From contig JABGQS010000001.1 of NCBI GenBank assembly GCA_018648645.1, positions 40,298-104,297 on the forward strand: 64,000 nt of DNA. Reading direction: 5' to 3'. Both the position numbers and the translations under genes were made by a program. Positions 46,023 through 56,429 of this stretch are shown here, one piece after another. Origin of the DNA: Clostridia bacterium (GTDB taxonomy: Bacteria > Bacillota > Clostridia > Christensenellales > SZUA-584). How positions within the stretch are numbered: position 1 is the first letter of the stretch; each line of letters opens with the position of its first letter. The notes beneath the pieces were generated by a model that searched no databases, was not told where the DNA came from, and worked only from the letters and a program-made list of their open reading frames with translations.

Positions 46023-46236
46023 GCTTTTGAGCTTGCTGTGAAAAGCGAAGCATGATTGTTGAAATTGGATACATATGATTGAGTTTTGAGCCATTTTCGT
46101 GACTCTTTGCTTAATAGATATTTAACAATTTCATAATGGTTATATCCATATTGTTTGTTATAATAGTCAGGGAAAGATGCTAGGTATGTGTGCGCGCCTG
46201 TTTTAGTATTGATAAAGAGGAGAGAAGGCTTTATTT

Positions 46237-47409
46237 ATGAGAATGACAGTTGGGCTATTTAATGAGTCGTTTGCACCCGTTGTCGACGGCGTTGCGAACG
46301 TTGTCGAGAACTATGCTTATTGGATAGATCAGAAACATGGCGACAGCATTGTTGTTACGCCGAAATTCCCCGGCGCGGTGGATGACTATGAGTTCGGGGT
46401 AAAGAGATATTCGTCGGTGAGGGTACCAACAAGACCTGAGTATCGTTTTGGGCTGCCCAAAATGGATGCGCCTTTTTGGCGAGACCTGATGAATACGGAG
46501 TTTGATATCGTTCATGCGCACAGTCCGTTTGGGTCGGGCAGCGCTGCAAAGACGTGTGCAAAGAGGCTTGATGTTCCGTTTGTAGCGACATTCCATTCAA
46601 AGTTTAGAGAGGATTTTAAGGCGGGGTTTAAGCTGGATGTCATCGTTAACTCAATATTATCGAAAATAGTGGAATTCTATGAGTCGGCTGACGAAGTGTG
46701 GGTGGTTAATGAAAGCTCTGTCGACACGCTGCGTGAGTATGGATATAAGGGCGACGTGCAAATCATGGAAAATGGCTGCGATATTGCTGTGCAGCATCCA
46801 TCCAAAGAGTCAAACGAACAGATAGATGAGATGTTTTCGCTTAGTGCAGAAACACCGTTGTTTATGTATATCGGGCAGCACACATGGCAAAAGAATCTAA
46901 AAATGGTGATGAAATCGCTGAAAATACTTCGCGATAGCGGCACTGATTTTCATATGGTGTTTATCGGTGACGGCGCAAAACGGCGTGAGATGGAGCACAT
47001 GAGCGCGAATTATGGATTGGATAACAACGTGACGTTTGCCGGCAAGATTTACGACCGTGACATTGTATCGAAGATATATCTGCGAAGCAGCGCGATGCTG
47101 TTTCCGTCAACGTATGATACTTCGTCGCTGGTGCCCAAAGAAGCGGCAGCGTGCGGGTGTCCGACGGTGTTTGTGCGAGGCGCAAGCACAGCGCAGGGCA
47201 TCACGGAGAAAAACGGTTTCTTGATTGAAGACACTGCACAGAGCCTTGCGCAAACGGCGCAGTATATCGCGGAGAATAAATCTGCCGCCAAAAAAGTGGG
47301 CAACCACGCGCGCAAAAGTGTTTATCGAAGCTGGGAAGACGCAGTTGAGGTTGCCACGAGCAGATACGAGTATTTGATTGAGCAAAAGAAGCTAACGAAA
47401 ACGGATTAG
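46237..47409 (+). CDS. GT4 glycosyltransferase (diacylglycerol glycosyltransferase-like)
   Basis: F.ESF.P.VDGV, HAHSPF..G, TFHS, KNL, FPS.YDT..LV..EAAA. Confidence 0.88.
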   Translation: MRMTVGLFNESFAPVVDGVANVVENYAYWIDQKHGDSIVVTPKFPGAVDDYEFGVKRYSSVRVPTRPEYRFGLPKMDAPFWRDLMNTEFDIVHAHSPFGSGSAAKTCAKRLDVPFVATFHSKFREDFKAGFKLDVIVNSILSKIVEFYESADEVWVVNESSVDTLREYGYKGDVQIMENGCDIAVQHPSKESNEQIDEMFSLSAETPLFMYIGQHTWQKNLKMVMKSLKILRDSGTDFHMVFIGDGAKRREMEHMSANYGLDNNVTFAGKIYDRDIVSKIYLRSSAMLFPSTYDTSSLVPKEAAACGCPTVFVRGASTAQGITEKNGFLIEDTAQSLAQTAQYIAENKSAAKKVGNHARKSVYRSWEDAVEVATSRYEYLIEQKKLTKTD

Positions 47410-47423
47410 CTAAGGAGGACGTT

Positions 47424-48518
47424 TTGCAGTATAAGTATGTAATAGTAGGTGCCGGAATTACCGGCCTGACGATTGCGCAAAAAATCGCATCAGAGCTTGA
47501 TGAGAAGGTGCTTGTGATTGAGAAAAGAGGGCACATCGGCGGCAATTGCTATGATTATTATGAGCAAAGCGGTGTGTTGGTTCACAAATACGGACCGCAT
47601 ATTTTCCATACGACGAGCAAACGTGCGTATGATTATTTGTCGCAATTCACAAAATGGAATGACTATCAGCATCGCGTATTAACGTATGTTGACGGAAACC
47701 TTTTGCCGATGCCGATTTGCGCGCGCACCATCAACATGCTGTACAATTTAAACCTTAGTACGCAGGAAGTTGAAGGATTTTTGAAGGGTGTTGCGGACAG
47801 TAGCAGAGAGATTAAAACGAGCGAAGACGTCGTTATCAGCAAAGCCGGAGAGTACATATACGAAAAGTTCTTTAGACACTACACCAAGAAGCAGTGGGAC
47901 ATGTACCCAAGCGAGCTTGACCCAAGCGTTATTTCCAGAGTGCCCATAAGATATAACACGGACGAGCGGTATTTTACCGACCAGTATCAGGGCATGCCGT
48001 CCGCCGGATACGCGCACATGTTTGGTAACATGGTGAAAAGCGAAAACATCAAGATTCTGCTGAACACTGACTATAAAGAAGTTATTGGGGATATCGAATA
48101 TGACAAGCTCATTTACACCGGACCGATCGACTATTTCTTCGATTATACATTTGGCAAGCTGAAATATCGTAGCATTGATGTTGTTTTTGAAACGAAAGAT
48201 ACGTGCGATTATCAACCGGCGAGCGTGGTAAACTATCCGAACGATTATGATTTTACACGGATTACCGAGTTTAAAAAGTTGACTTGGCAAAAGCACGATA
48301 AAACGGTGATTTGTAAAGAGTATCCGACATGGGAAGGCGACCCGTACTATCCTGTGCCGATTGATGCGCAGAAGAAGCTATATGCGCAGTATAAAGAGAA
48401 AGCTGACGCGAGCAAGAATGTGGTGTTTGCCGGGCGGCTTGCAGAGTATAAATACTATAATATGGACGCAGCACTCTTAAGCGCGCTGGAGTTGTTTGAC
48501 ACGCAGATAAATGTGTAG
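47424..48518 (+). CDS. glf: UDP-galactopyranose mutase
   Basis: GAGITG, HIGGNCYD, HKYGPHIFHT, YT.KQW, PYYP, GRLAEYKYYNMD. Confidence 0.96.
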   Translation: MQYKYVIVGAGITGLTIAQKIASELDEKVLVIEKRGHIGGNCYDYYEQSGVLVHKYGPHIFHTTSKRAYDYLSQFTKWNDYQHRVLTYVDGNLLPMPICARTINMLYNLNLSTQEVEGFLKGVADSSREIKTSEDVVISKAGEYIYEKFFRHYTKKQWDMYPSELDPSVISRVPIRYNTDERYFTDQYQGMPSAGYAHMFGNMVKSENIKILLNTDYKEVIGDIEYDKLIYTGPIDYFFDYTFGKLKYRSIDVVFETKDTCDYQPASVVNYPNDYDFTRITEFKKLTWQKHDKTVICKEYPTWEGDPYYPVPIDAQKKLYAQYKEKADASKNVVFAGRLAEYKYYNMDAALLSALELFDTQINV

Positions 48519-48730
48519 AAGGGCGCGGTACGGCGAGTTATGGTTGACTATGCTGATGAAAAAGCGTAGTTTATCAAAAGAGATGAAGTAGCAGACGCAG
48601 CACGGAGAAAAGGACGCGGGCGTCACATTGCCTTGATTATTTGGACAAAGTTTGATATTCTTGAAAACTGAGCAACACATAGGGTTATTAATCACAGCAG
48701 GGCTGATTACAGCCAGCAAAGTGGGGCGGA

Positions 48731-49792
48731 ATGAAGAGCAAGAAAAAAACGTCAATTCTACGATTTGTATATATTGGGGCAACCATTCTTGTAATTGTAC
48801 TGATTGGTATTTTTACGGTGGATGTAGAAGAGATGGAAGCTGCGTTTACTGTGCTTAACCTACGATGGATGTTCGCCTGTGTTGGCTGCTTGTTTCTATA
48901 TTGGCTTACGGATGCGGTGCTGCTTAATGACATCACTTCATATATGTACAAACGCGAGTCGTTTTGGCACTCGCTAAAAGTGGGAATTGTTGGGCTGTAT
49001 TATGGAGCGCTTACGCCGTTTGCAACGGGTGGACAGCCGATGCAGGTTGTGTATATGCGCAGGAATCGCATGCCGGTGGGCACAGCAACATGCATCGTCG
49101 GCGTCAAGTTCGTAGTGTACGAGTTGTCGCTATGTGCGCTTTTTATTACTGCTATGGTGCTTTATGGCCCGGAGCTTTATGCGCAGCCGGGCGCGATGTT
49201 TTGGTTTGCGATCCTGGGGTTTGTTGTAAACGCTTCTGCAGTTTTCTTTATTATAATGACGCTGGTCAACAAGACGCTGGTTTCTCGTATCGGCAATGCG
49301 CTGATACGCTTTTTCAGTAAAATAAAAATTATCCGCAAACCGGAAAAAGCACAGCACAACTTTGAGCACACTATCAATGACTACCATTCGGCGGCAGAAT
49401 ATATCGCGCATCATAAGCTAAGAGCAATCGGTTCGTTTTTTATTTCTGTGGTTAATCTACTGTTCTTTTTCGCAGTACCGTACTTTATATATATGGCATT
49501 TGGTGCTCCGGGCGGCAAAGCTGTCCAAGACATCATTGCGCTTCAGGCGTTCCTTTATATTGCGATATCGTTTGTGCCGACCCCCGGAAGCGCAGTCGCG
49601 GCAGAAGGTGGATTCCACGCTATATTCTCGGCAATATTTGGCGCGGGTGCTGTGTTTGCGCCCATGCTGATATGGCGGTTTTTAACGTACTATCTCATGC
49701 TTATCGTTGGCAGCATCGTTGTAGTGTTTGACGAAGTGTTTGCGATAAGACGGGCAGGCAAAGACGTAGAAGAAGAAACTGAATCAGAGTAG
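48731..49792 (+). CDS. Lysylphosphatidylglycerol-synthase TM-domain (flippase-like) membrane protein
   Basis: TPFATGGQPMQ, PTPG....AEG.F, WRFLTYY. Confidence 0.88.
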   Translation: MKSKKKTSILRFVYIGATILVIVLIGIFTVDVEEMEAAFTVLNLRWMFACVGCLFLYWLTDAVLLNDITSYMYKRESFWHSLKVGIVGLYYGALTPFATGGQPMQVVYMRRNRMPVGTATCIVGVKFVVYELSLCALFITAMVLYGPELYAQPGAMFWFAILGFVVNASAVFFIIMTLVNKTLVSRIGNALIRFFSKIKIIRKPEKAQHNFEHTINDYHSAAEYIAHHKLRAIGSFFISVVNLLFFFAVPYFIYMAFGAPGGKAVQDIIALQAFLYIAISFVPTPGSAVAAEGGFHAIFSAIFGAGAVFAPMLIWRFLTYYLMLIVGSIVVVFDEVFAIRRAGKDVEEETESE

Positions 49793-49973
49793 CACATATT
49801 GATTAGTGTAGTATAGTATATCTTTAATAGCGATTATTATATTGAACTCAAATTCATTGTATCGTTTCGTTTTTTTATTTACGGTTCCCTATATAAATGA
49901 TAAAAATCAGCACATAGTGGTCAATATTGAGATTATAGTATGCAACTACTTTTATTCCTTGGAGGTAATATGG

Positions 49974-51353
49974 GTGAAAGAATCAACGAGATTTAAAACT
50001 CTTTATATCAAAATGCTAAAACACCCGTATTTGTCTATTATAATTTTCGGTACCATTGTGTTTATTATGCACTTGTTTATTACGCCCGATTTCGCGGATG
50101 ATATTTGGTTTGCTAATGCGTTTTCAGATTTTAATAACAACCCTTTTTCCTACTCTATCGTAAGATATAATACGTGGACATCACGGACTTTGATAGAATT
50201 GCTGATTTTATTATGTGTCAAAACTCCTGCAATTATATGGAGAATTCTAGATACTTCGATGATGATTATAATAGCAGTGTTTATATCTAAAATATTGGCT
50301 GAGGATAAAAATCGAGCCCAAATTAATATAGTCGTTGCATCTCTGCTGATGTTATTTCCGTTTGCCATTTTAAGCTCTGCCGGCTGGATAGCGACCACCG
50401 TTAATTACACGTGGTCATTGGCTTTTGGGTTGATTGCCATATATCCACTGAGCAAAATAATGAGAGGAAAAAGAATAAGAGTTTACGAATTCTTTGTATA
50501 TATACCCGCACTGTTAGTCGGAGCGAACCAGGAGCAGATGTTCATTATCCTTTTTGCGGTTTACTTAATCTTTACTGTGTATCTTTTTTCAAAAAAGCGA
50601 ATAAATAAATTTGTTTTAGTGCAGCTTGGTTTATGTTTGCTTAGCTTAATAAACATTCTGATTTGTCCGGGGAACGCTAATCGGGTTGCCGCAGAAATAG
50701 GGAGATGGCTGCCGCAGTTTGCGAACTTTTCGTTTTTGCACAGGGCCGAACTTGGTTTGTCTGTCAGCTTGGCTAGCATTTTTTTAAATAACAATTTGCT
50801 GTTTCTGTTGCTAACGTTCTTCGTATTCGTTTTGGTTTGGCAAAAAAAAGATAGGATTATTTACAAAGTTATCGCTGCTGTACCGGTGGGGTTCGCTATA
50901 ATGTTTCTAGCCTTACGACAGTTCATATTTTCGGATATACAAATCATAAAAAGCTTGTTTAGTATAGGTTCGGGAGATTGGATAGCAAACTCGCAGGTGG
51001 TATTCTCTCTAAAAACTTACGCTGTTTTGTTGACTATGATTTTTGTTCTCTTGACTTTGCTGATATCAGTTTACAGGATACTATCCGGAACGTTGAAACC
51101 TTGGCTGGCTATAGGTGTTTTATCGGCAGGCTTTGTTACAAAGTTCATAATGGGCTTTTCTCCAACGATATGGGCGTCAAGCGAGAGGACATCAACGTTT
51201 CTGCTGATATCGATTATTGCTTGCATAACTATATTGCTAAGGAAATGGAACTTTAACGATAAAAGCATGACACAACTTATGCTTATTATCACTGTTTTAT
51301 TTGGTGTATACGGAGCTATTGTAAATCTCGTTTTTGTATTGCAGTTACGATAA
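49974..51353 (+). CDS. AT-rich polytopic membrane protein, probable GT-C-type glycosyltransferase
   Basis: DD.WF...RY..W.SR in the first loop, WIATT.NY.W, NQEQ, PGN..R, SPT.WAS..RT; GTG 49974 after ggagg. Confidence 0.7.
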   Translation: MKESTRFKTLYIKMLKHPYLSIIIFGTIVFIMHLFITPDFADDIWFANAFSDFNNNPFSYSIVRYNTWTSRTLIELLILLCVKTPAIIWRILDTSMMIIIAVFISKILAEDKNRAQINIVVASLLMLFPFAILSSAGWIATTVNYTWSLAFGLIAIYPLSKIMRGKRIRVYEFFVYIPALLVGANQEQMFIILFAVYLIFTVYLFSKKRINKFVLVQLGLCLLSLINILICPGNANRVAAEIGRWLPQFANFSFLHRAELGLSVSLASIFLNNNLLFLLLTFFVFVLVWQKKDRIIYKVIAAVPVGFAIMFLALRQFIFSDIQIIKSLFSIGSGDWIANSQVVFSLKTYAVLLTMIFVLLTLLISVYRILSGTLKPWLAIGVLSAGFVTKFIMGFSPTIWASSERTSTFLLISIIACITILLRKWNFNDKSMTQLMLIITVLFGVYGAIVNLVFVLQLR

Positions 51354-51408
51354 AGGACCACGTTCAATATATTGTTTATCAATAAATTTAACTTTTTGGG
51401 GTTTTTAG

Positions 51409-51437
51409 TTGATAAATAAAAAACCGTGTGCTATAAT
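51409..51437 (+). promoter_or_regulatory. Sigma-A promoter of rpsB
   Basis: TTGATA-N17-TATAAT with TG extension. Confidence 0.8.
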
Positions 51438-51447
51438 GCGGAATGAA

Positions 51448-51525
51448 TGTCACACCATCGTGGATTTGTGCAGTCGTGCCCAAATATTCTGGGTTATGCA
51501 TCAAAGACGAAGCGATGGGAGGTAT
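51448..51525 (+). promoter_or_regulatory. rpsB leader (S2 autoregulatory RNA-like)
   Basis: cacaccatcg...cgatggga.g outer stem with internal gtgc...gc, in the expected position for Firmicute rpsB leaders. Confidence 0.6.
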
Positions 51526-51542
51526 AAAAACGAGGAGGAAAC

Positions 51543-52583
51543 ATGGCAGTAATTTCAATGAAACAGCTACTTGAAGCTGGTGTTCACTTTGGGCACCAAA
51601 CAAGACGATGGAACCCCAAGATGAAAAAGTATATCTTTACCGAACGTAATGGTATCTACATCATCGACCTGCAAAAGACGGTCAAGATGGTAGAACAGGC
51701 GTATTTTTTTGTGCGCGATGCGGTTATGGAAGGCAAAACAGTACTTTTCGTCGGAACAAAAAAGCAGGCTCAGGAGTCTGTTGAACTGGAAGCAAAGCGG
51801 TGCGGCATGTTTTACGTCAGCCAAAGATGGCTCGGCGGAATGCTTACCAACTACAAGACAATGCGTAGTCGCGTACGCAGGCTAGAGAAGATCGAGAGAA
51901 TGGAAGAGAGCGGTGAGTTTGAGCTTCTGCCAAAGAAGGAAGTTATCAAGCTGCGTCACGAATATGAAAAACTGAACAGAAACCTTGGCGGAATCAGAGA
52001 CATGAAGGAACTGCCGGGCGTAATGTTTGTTGTAGATCCACGAAAAGAGAGAATCGCTATTGCAGAAGCGCGTGCACTTGGAATACCAATTGTGGGTATT
52101 GTTGATACGAACTGTGATCCGGACGAAATTGATGTTATTATCCCCGGAAACGACGATGCAATTCGTGCAGTAAAGCTACTATCGTCAAAAATGGCGGATG
52201 CGTGCATCGAAGCCAAGCAGGGTGAGCAGATGGAAGAAGCTGCACCGGCAGTAGCACCAGCGCCAGCGGCACCAGCACCAGCTCCGGCAGCGGCACCTGC
52301 ACCAGCGGCACCAGCGGCTGCGGCACCAGTACCGGCAGCACCAGCACCTGTGGCGGAACCTGTGGTTGAAGCAGTAGCAGAAGCGCCGGTAGTAGCAGAA
52401 GCGCCGGTAGTAGCAGAAGCGCCGGTAGTAGAAGAGCCAAAAAAGGCAGCGCCAAAAAAGGCAGCTGCTAAGAAGGCAGCACCGAAAAAAGCAGCACCGA
52501 AAAAAGCAGCTGCTAAGAAGACTGTAGCAAAAAAAGAAGAACCGGTTGAAGAACCTGCAGCGCCGGAGCCGGCAGCAGAATAA
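51543..52583 (+). CDS. rpsB: 30S ribosomal protein S2 with long low-complexity C-terminal extension
   Basis: [45 protein letters not shown]. Confidence 0.99.
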   Translation: MAVISMKQLLEAGVHFGHQTRRWNPKMKKYIFTERNGIYIIDLQKTVKMVEQAYFFVRDAVMEGKTVLFVGTKKQAQESVELEAKRCGMFYVSQRWLGGMLTNYKTMRSRVRRLEKIERMEESGEFELLPKKEVIKLRHEYEKLNRNLGGIRDMKELPGVMFVVDPRKERIAIAEARALGIPIVGIVDTNCDPDEIDVIIPGNDDAIRAVKLLSSKMADACIEAKQGEQMEEAAPAVAPAPAAPAPAPAAAPAPAAPAAAAPVPAAPAPVAEPVVEAVAEAPVVAEAPVVAEAPVVEEPKKAAPKKAAAKKAAPKKAAPKKAAAKKTVAKKEEPVEEPAAPEPAAE

Positions 52584-52615
52584 GTAATTACTCAGGAAAA
52601 GGAGAATATATATAT

Positions 52616-53263
52616 ATGATTAGTGCAAGTGATGTAAAAACACTGAGAGAGAAAACAGGCGCAGGAATGATGGATTGTAAAAACGCGCTTGTTGAAACAG
52701 ATGGATGTATAGATGATGCGGTTGTAGCACTGCGCGAGAAGGGACTGGCGTCGGCAGCAAAGAAAGCCGGACGTATTGCAGCAGAAGGCGTTGTTGAGAG
52801 CTACATACACATGGGCGGAAAAATCGGCGTTTTGGTCGAGGTAAACTGCGAGACTGACTTTGTAGCAAAGACGCCGGCATTCGTTGATTTCGTCAAGGAT
52901 GTTGCAATGCAGATAGCAGCAGCAAAGCCTACGTTCTTATCCAGCGATGAAGTTCCGGCAGATGAGATTGAAAAAGAAAAAGAGATACTGCGAGCTCAGG
53001 CGCTTAACGAAGGCAAACCCGAAAAAATCGTCGACAAAATGGTTGAGGGCAGAATCAAGAAGTACTTCAAGGAAGTGTGCCTGCTTGAGCAGCCGTTTGT
53101 AAAGGACCCTGACAAAACAGTAGCGACGCTGGTTATGGAGAAGACTGCTGAAATCGGCGAAAAAATTGATATCAGAAGATTCACTCGTTATGAAATGGGT
53201 GAGGGACTCGAAAAGCGGCAGGATGATTTTGTAGACGAAGTGATGAAGCAAACATCTAAATAA
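52616..53263 (+). CDS. tsf: Elongation factor Ts (short form)
   Basis: [35 protein letters not shown]. Confidence 0.98.
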   Translation: MISASDVKTLREKTGAGMMDCKNALVETDGCIDDAVVALREKGLASAAKKAGRIAAEGVVESYIHMGGKIGVLVEVNCETDFVAKTPAFVDFVKDVAMQIAAAKPTFLSSDEVPADEIEKEKEILRAQALNEGKPEKIVDKMVEGRIKKYFKEVCLLEQPFVKDPDKTVATLVMEKTAEIGEKIDIRRFTRYEMGEGLEKRQDDFVDEVMKQTSK

Positions 53264-53273
53264 GACTAACTTT

Positions 53274-53306
53274 GGGAGAGCGGCAGAGATGCGCTCTCCC
53301 TTTTTT
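53274..53306 (+). terminator. Intrinsic terminator after tsf
   Basis: gggagagcg...cgctctccc-tttttt. Confidence 0.85.
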
Positions 53307-53322
53307 AAAAAGGAGAGATAGC

Positions 53323-54033
53323 GTGCCAAAATATAATCGTGTAATTTTGAAGCTTAGTGGAGAAGCACTGTCGGGTAACGGCGGAATGGGATTTGACTTT
53401 GACGTAATTAATCAAGTTGCCGACCAAGTAATTGAGGTTGCGAGGCTAGGTGTGCAGATTGGCATTACCGTGGGCGGCGGCAACATATGGCGCGGCAGAA
53501 GCGGCGTGGGTATGGACAGAACGACTGCGGACCATATGGGTATGCTGGCAACCGTTATCAACGCGCTTGCGATGCAAGACGCGCTTGAAAACAAGGGTAT
53601 GCCGACACGCGTGTTGTCTGCGATAGAGATGCGCCAAATTGCAGAGCCGTACATAAGGCGCCGCGCTATGAGACATCTTGAAAAAGGCAGAGTCGTCATC
53701 TTTGGCTGCGGTACGGGTAACCCGTATTTTTCTACCGACACGGCTGCGGCTCTTAGAGCGGCAGAGGTTGAGGCAGATTTGATATTGTTGGCGAAGAATG
53801 TAGACGGTGTGTACAACTGTGATCCTAAGAAGGACAAAGACGCAAAGAAGTACGACTTTATCAGCTACATTGATGTAATCAACCAAGGGCTTGACGTTAT
53901 GGATACGACGGCAGTTTCGCTGTGTATGGACAACGATATACCGATTATCTGCTTTGGTGTGGACGAGAAAGACGGCATAAAGAGAGTTGTTATGGGAGAA
54001 CATATTGGGACCAAGATTAACTCTAGACCATAA
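53323..54033 (+). CDS. pyrH: UMP kinase
   Basis: [33 protein letters not shown]; GTG start after aggag. Confidence 0.98.
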   Translation: MPKYNRVILKLSGEALSGNGGMGFDFDVINQVADQVIEVARLGVQIGITVGGGNIWRGRSGVGMDRTTADHMGMLATVINALAMQDALENKGMPTRVLSAIEMRQIAEPYIRRRAMRHLEKGRVVIFGCGTGNPYFSTDTAAALRAAEVEADLILLAKNVDGVYNCDPKKDKDAKKYDFISYIDVINQGLDVMDTTAVSLCMDNDIPIICFGVDEKDGIKRVVMGEHIGTKINSRP

Positions 54034-54050
54034 ATAAAAGGAGGCAAAGC

Positions 54051-54614
54051 ATGTACGTAGAACATGAAGCGCTTGACAAAGCGAAAAGCAAAATGGATAA
54101 GACCATTTCGGTTTTTAAGAGAGAACTGTCGCATATCCGAGCGGGCAGAGCGAATCCTCAGCTGCTTGACGGTGTGATGGTGGACTATTACGGCACACCG
54201 ACGCCAATCAATCAAGTCGGCAATGTTTCGGCACCCGAGCCGCGTATGCTTATTGTCTCGGTGTGGGACACCTCGCTGATTACCGAGGTTGAAAAAGCGA
54301 TTATGAAAGCCAACATAGGTATTAACCCGAGCAACGATGGTAAGGTGATACGGCTTGTCATGCCCGAGCTTACCGAAGAGCGAAGAAAAGAGCTAGCAAA
54401 AACGATACATAAAAAGGGCGAAGACGCAAAAGTGGCGGTTCGCAGCGTAAGGCGTGACGCGAACGATACGTTTAAAAAAGACAAGAAAAGCAGCGCCATT
54501 ACAGAGGACGATCTTACTGATCTTGAGAGAGAGATTCAGGAAGCGACAGACAACCACACGAAAACGATTGACACGCTTGTTGCTGATAAAGAAGCAGAAA
54601 TCATGGAAGTATAG
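54051..54614 (+). CDS. frr: Ribosome recycling factor
   Basis: IRAGRANP, DYYG..TP, P.LTEERRKEL, RS.RRDAN. Confidence 0.98.
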   Translation: MYVEHEALDKAKSKMDKTISVFKRELSHIRAGRANPQLLDGVMVDYYGTPTPINQVGNVSAPEPRMLIVSVWDTSLITEVEKAIMKANIGINPSNDGKVIRLVMPELTEERRKELAKTIHKKGEDAKVAVRSVRRDANDTFKKDKKSSAITEDDLTDLEREIQEATDNHTKTIDTLVADKEAEIMEV

Positions 54615-54818
54615 ATGGAAAGCGTAATTGGACAGCAGGTCAGCGAAGCAAAGCAAAGGCTGGAAAGCCTTGGATTTGTTGTGCGAATAGTAGAGTATGA
54701 AAGCAGGCGTGGTATAGAGAACGCCGACTCAACGCGCGTCTTGCGGCAAAATGATATTGGCAACAACACAATAGAGCTGGTCGTGTCGCATTTTAAAACG
54801 CATATGAATGACGATTAG
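54615..54818 (+). CDS. Small hypothetical protein (PASTA-like start)
   Basis: ATG immediately after the frr stop; VIG..VSEA...LE..G, RVLRQ; fills the frr-uppS gap. Confidence 0.6.
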   Translation: MESVIGQQVSEAKQRLESLGFVVRIVEYESRRGIENADSTRVLRQNDIGNNTIELVVSHFKTHMNDD

Positions 54819-54826
54819 GAGTTTTT

Positions 54827-55594
54827 TTGAGCCGATTTAGCAGGCTTCTTTTTGGCAATCGAAGCAAAAAAAGCAGCGATGACAGCGTTTATGGCAGCGT
54901 TGACAAACGCAGGCTGCCCGTGCACGTTGCGGTGATTATGGACGGCAACGGCAGGTGGGCGAAAGCTAAGGGTTTGCCGCGCAGTGCCGGACATCGTGCC
55001 GGAGTAGAGCGCGTTCGCACGATTATCCGTATGAGCAGCGATATTGGTATCAAATACCTGACGCTGTATGCGTTTTCTACCGAGAACTGGAAGCGACCAA
55101 AGGCAGAGGTTAGCACGCTGATGCGGCTGTTGCTGGAGTATTTGCGTGACGAGCTGAGTGAGCTGAACGAGAAAAACGTGCGTATAAAAACGCTGGGCGA
55201 TATGTCGCGGCTGCCAAAAGAAGTGGCAGCAGAGGTGGCTCGTGCAACTTTTGCCACAAAGGACAACACCGGGCTTACGGTAAACATGGCTATTAACTAT
55301 GGCGCGCGCCAAGAGATTGTGGGCGCGGTGAAAAGGGCTGTAAGCGAAGCGGTGGACACCGGGGAAATTGATGAGCAGTATGTATCGTCGCTGCTATATA
55401 CGGCGGGTCAACCGGATCCCGATTTGATGATTAGAACGAGCGGAGAGAAGCGTTTAAGCAATTATCTTCTGTATCAGCTGGCGTACGCTGAGTTTTACTT
55501 TACAGACACTCATTGGCCCGACTTTGATGAGAAGCAGTTTGCGATAGCACTGGATGATTTTGCGAAAAGAGACCGCCGATTCGGCGGGGCATAG
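54827..55594 (+). CDS. uppS: Undecaprenyl diphosphate synthase
   Basis: HVAVIMDGNGRWA, YAFSTENWKRP, IRTSGE.RLSN, RRFGG. Confidence 0.97.
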   Translation: MSRFSRLLFGNRSKKSSDDSVYGSVDKRRLPVHVAVIMDGNGRWAKAKGLPRSAGHRAGVERVRTIIRMSSDIGIKYLTLYAFSTENWKRPKAEVSTLMRLLLEYLRDELSELNEKNVRIKTLGDMSRLPKEVAAEVARATFATKDNTGLTVNMAINYGARQEIVGAVKRAVSEAVDTGEIDEQYVSSLLYTAGQPDPDLMIRTSGEKRLSNYLLYQLAYAEFYFTDTHWPDFDEKQFAIALDDFAKRDRRFGGA

Positions 55595-55613
55595 AAGCTA
55601 TGGAGGAATTGGC

Positions 55614-56420
55614 TTGGTAAAAAGAACACTAGTAGCACTTCCGGCGATTGCGTTGCTTGTAGCAACAGTATATTTTCACGGATTGTTTGCAAAAATAGTG
55701 ATTAGTGCGATATCCGTTCTGTGCATGCACGAGATGATGAAGGTTGTACGGACCGGCGAGGACAAGCCGTTTTTGCCGATTGGGTATGCGTTTTCGGCGC
55801 TGCTATATCCGGTGTTTGAGTACTGCGGAGGATTTGTCGGGATAGCGATATTGTTTGCGCTTGCTGTGATGAGCGTGATGATAGTGCTTGTGTTTTCAGG
55901 GCGAAACTTTAACGATGGGTTGATGATTATTTTTGCGCTGGTTTACCCCGGCATGTTCACAGCGTTTTGGATAGCTATTTTCTGCATACCCGAAGCGGAC
56001 ACATCGAGGTTTTTGATTGCGATGTTGTTTGTGACGGCTACGGTAACAGATTCCTTCGCATATTTTTGCGGAAGACTGTTTGGCAGGCATAAGCTGATCC
56101 CAAGGGTGAGTCCAAAGAAAACGGTTGAAGGTGCGATAGGCGGATTGGTTTTTGGAACGGCGTGCGTGACGCTGCTCGGGTACTATCTTCAGGGCGTGTT
56201 TGGACTAAGCGTCGCATTCTACTGGTACATTGTGCTTGGGCTACTGCTTTCAGTATTGATGCAAATTGGGGATTTGAGCGCTTCGATAATAAAAAGAAGG
56301 TTTGGCGTGAAGGATTACGGCACATTTATGTCGGGGCACGGCGGCGCTATGGATAGGCTGGACAGCTCGCTTTTTGTCAGCCCGGTAATCTATCTATTTT
56401 ATTTGATTGTAATACTATAA
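55614..56420 (+). CDS. cdsA: Phosphatidate cytidylyltransferase
   Basis: D..AYF.G..FG, SPKKTVEG, GDL..S..KR..GVKD.G, GHGG..DR.DS. Confidence 0.96.
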   Translation: MVKRTLVALPAIALLVATVYFHGLFAKIVISAISVLCMHEMMKVVRTGEDKPFLPIGYAFSALLYPVFEYCGGFVGIAILFALAVMSVMIVLVFSGRNFNDGLMIIFALVYPGMFTAFWIAIFCIPEADTSRFLIAMLFVTATVTDSFAYFCGRLFGRHKLIPRVSPKKTVEGAIGGLVFGTACVTLLGYYLQGVFGLSVAFYWYIVLGLLLSVLMQIGDLSASIIKRRFGVKDYGTFMSGHGGAMDRLDSSLFVSPVIYLFYLIVIL

Positions 56421-56429
56421 GGAAATGAT

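Noticed and set aside
52616-53263. EF-Ts appearing truncated at 215 aa
   Set aside because: The short form is a known natural variant; the ORF has an RBS, stop and terminator.
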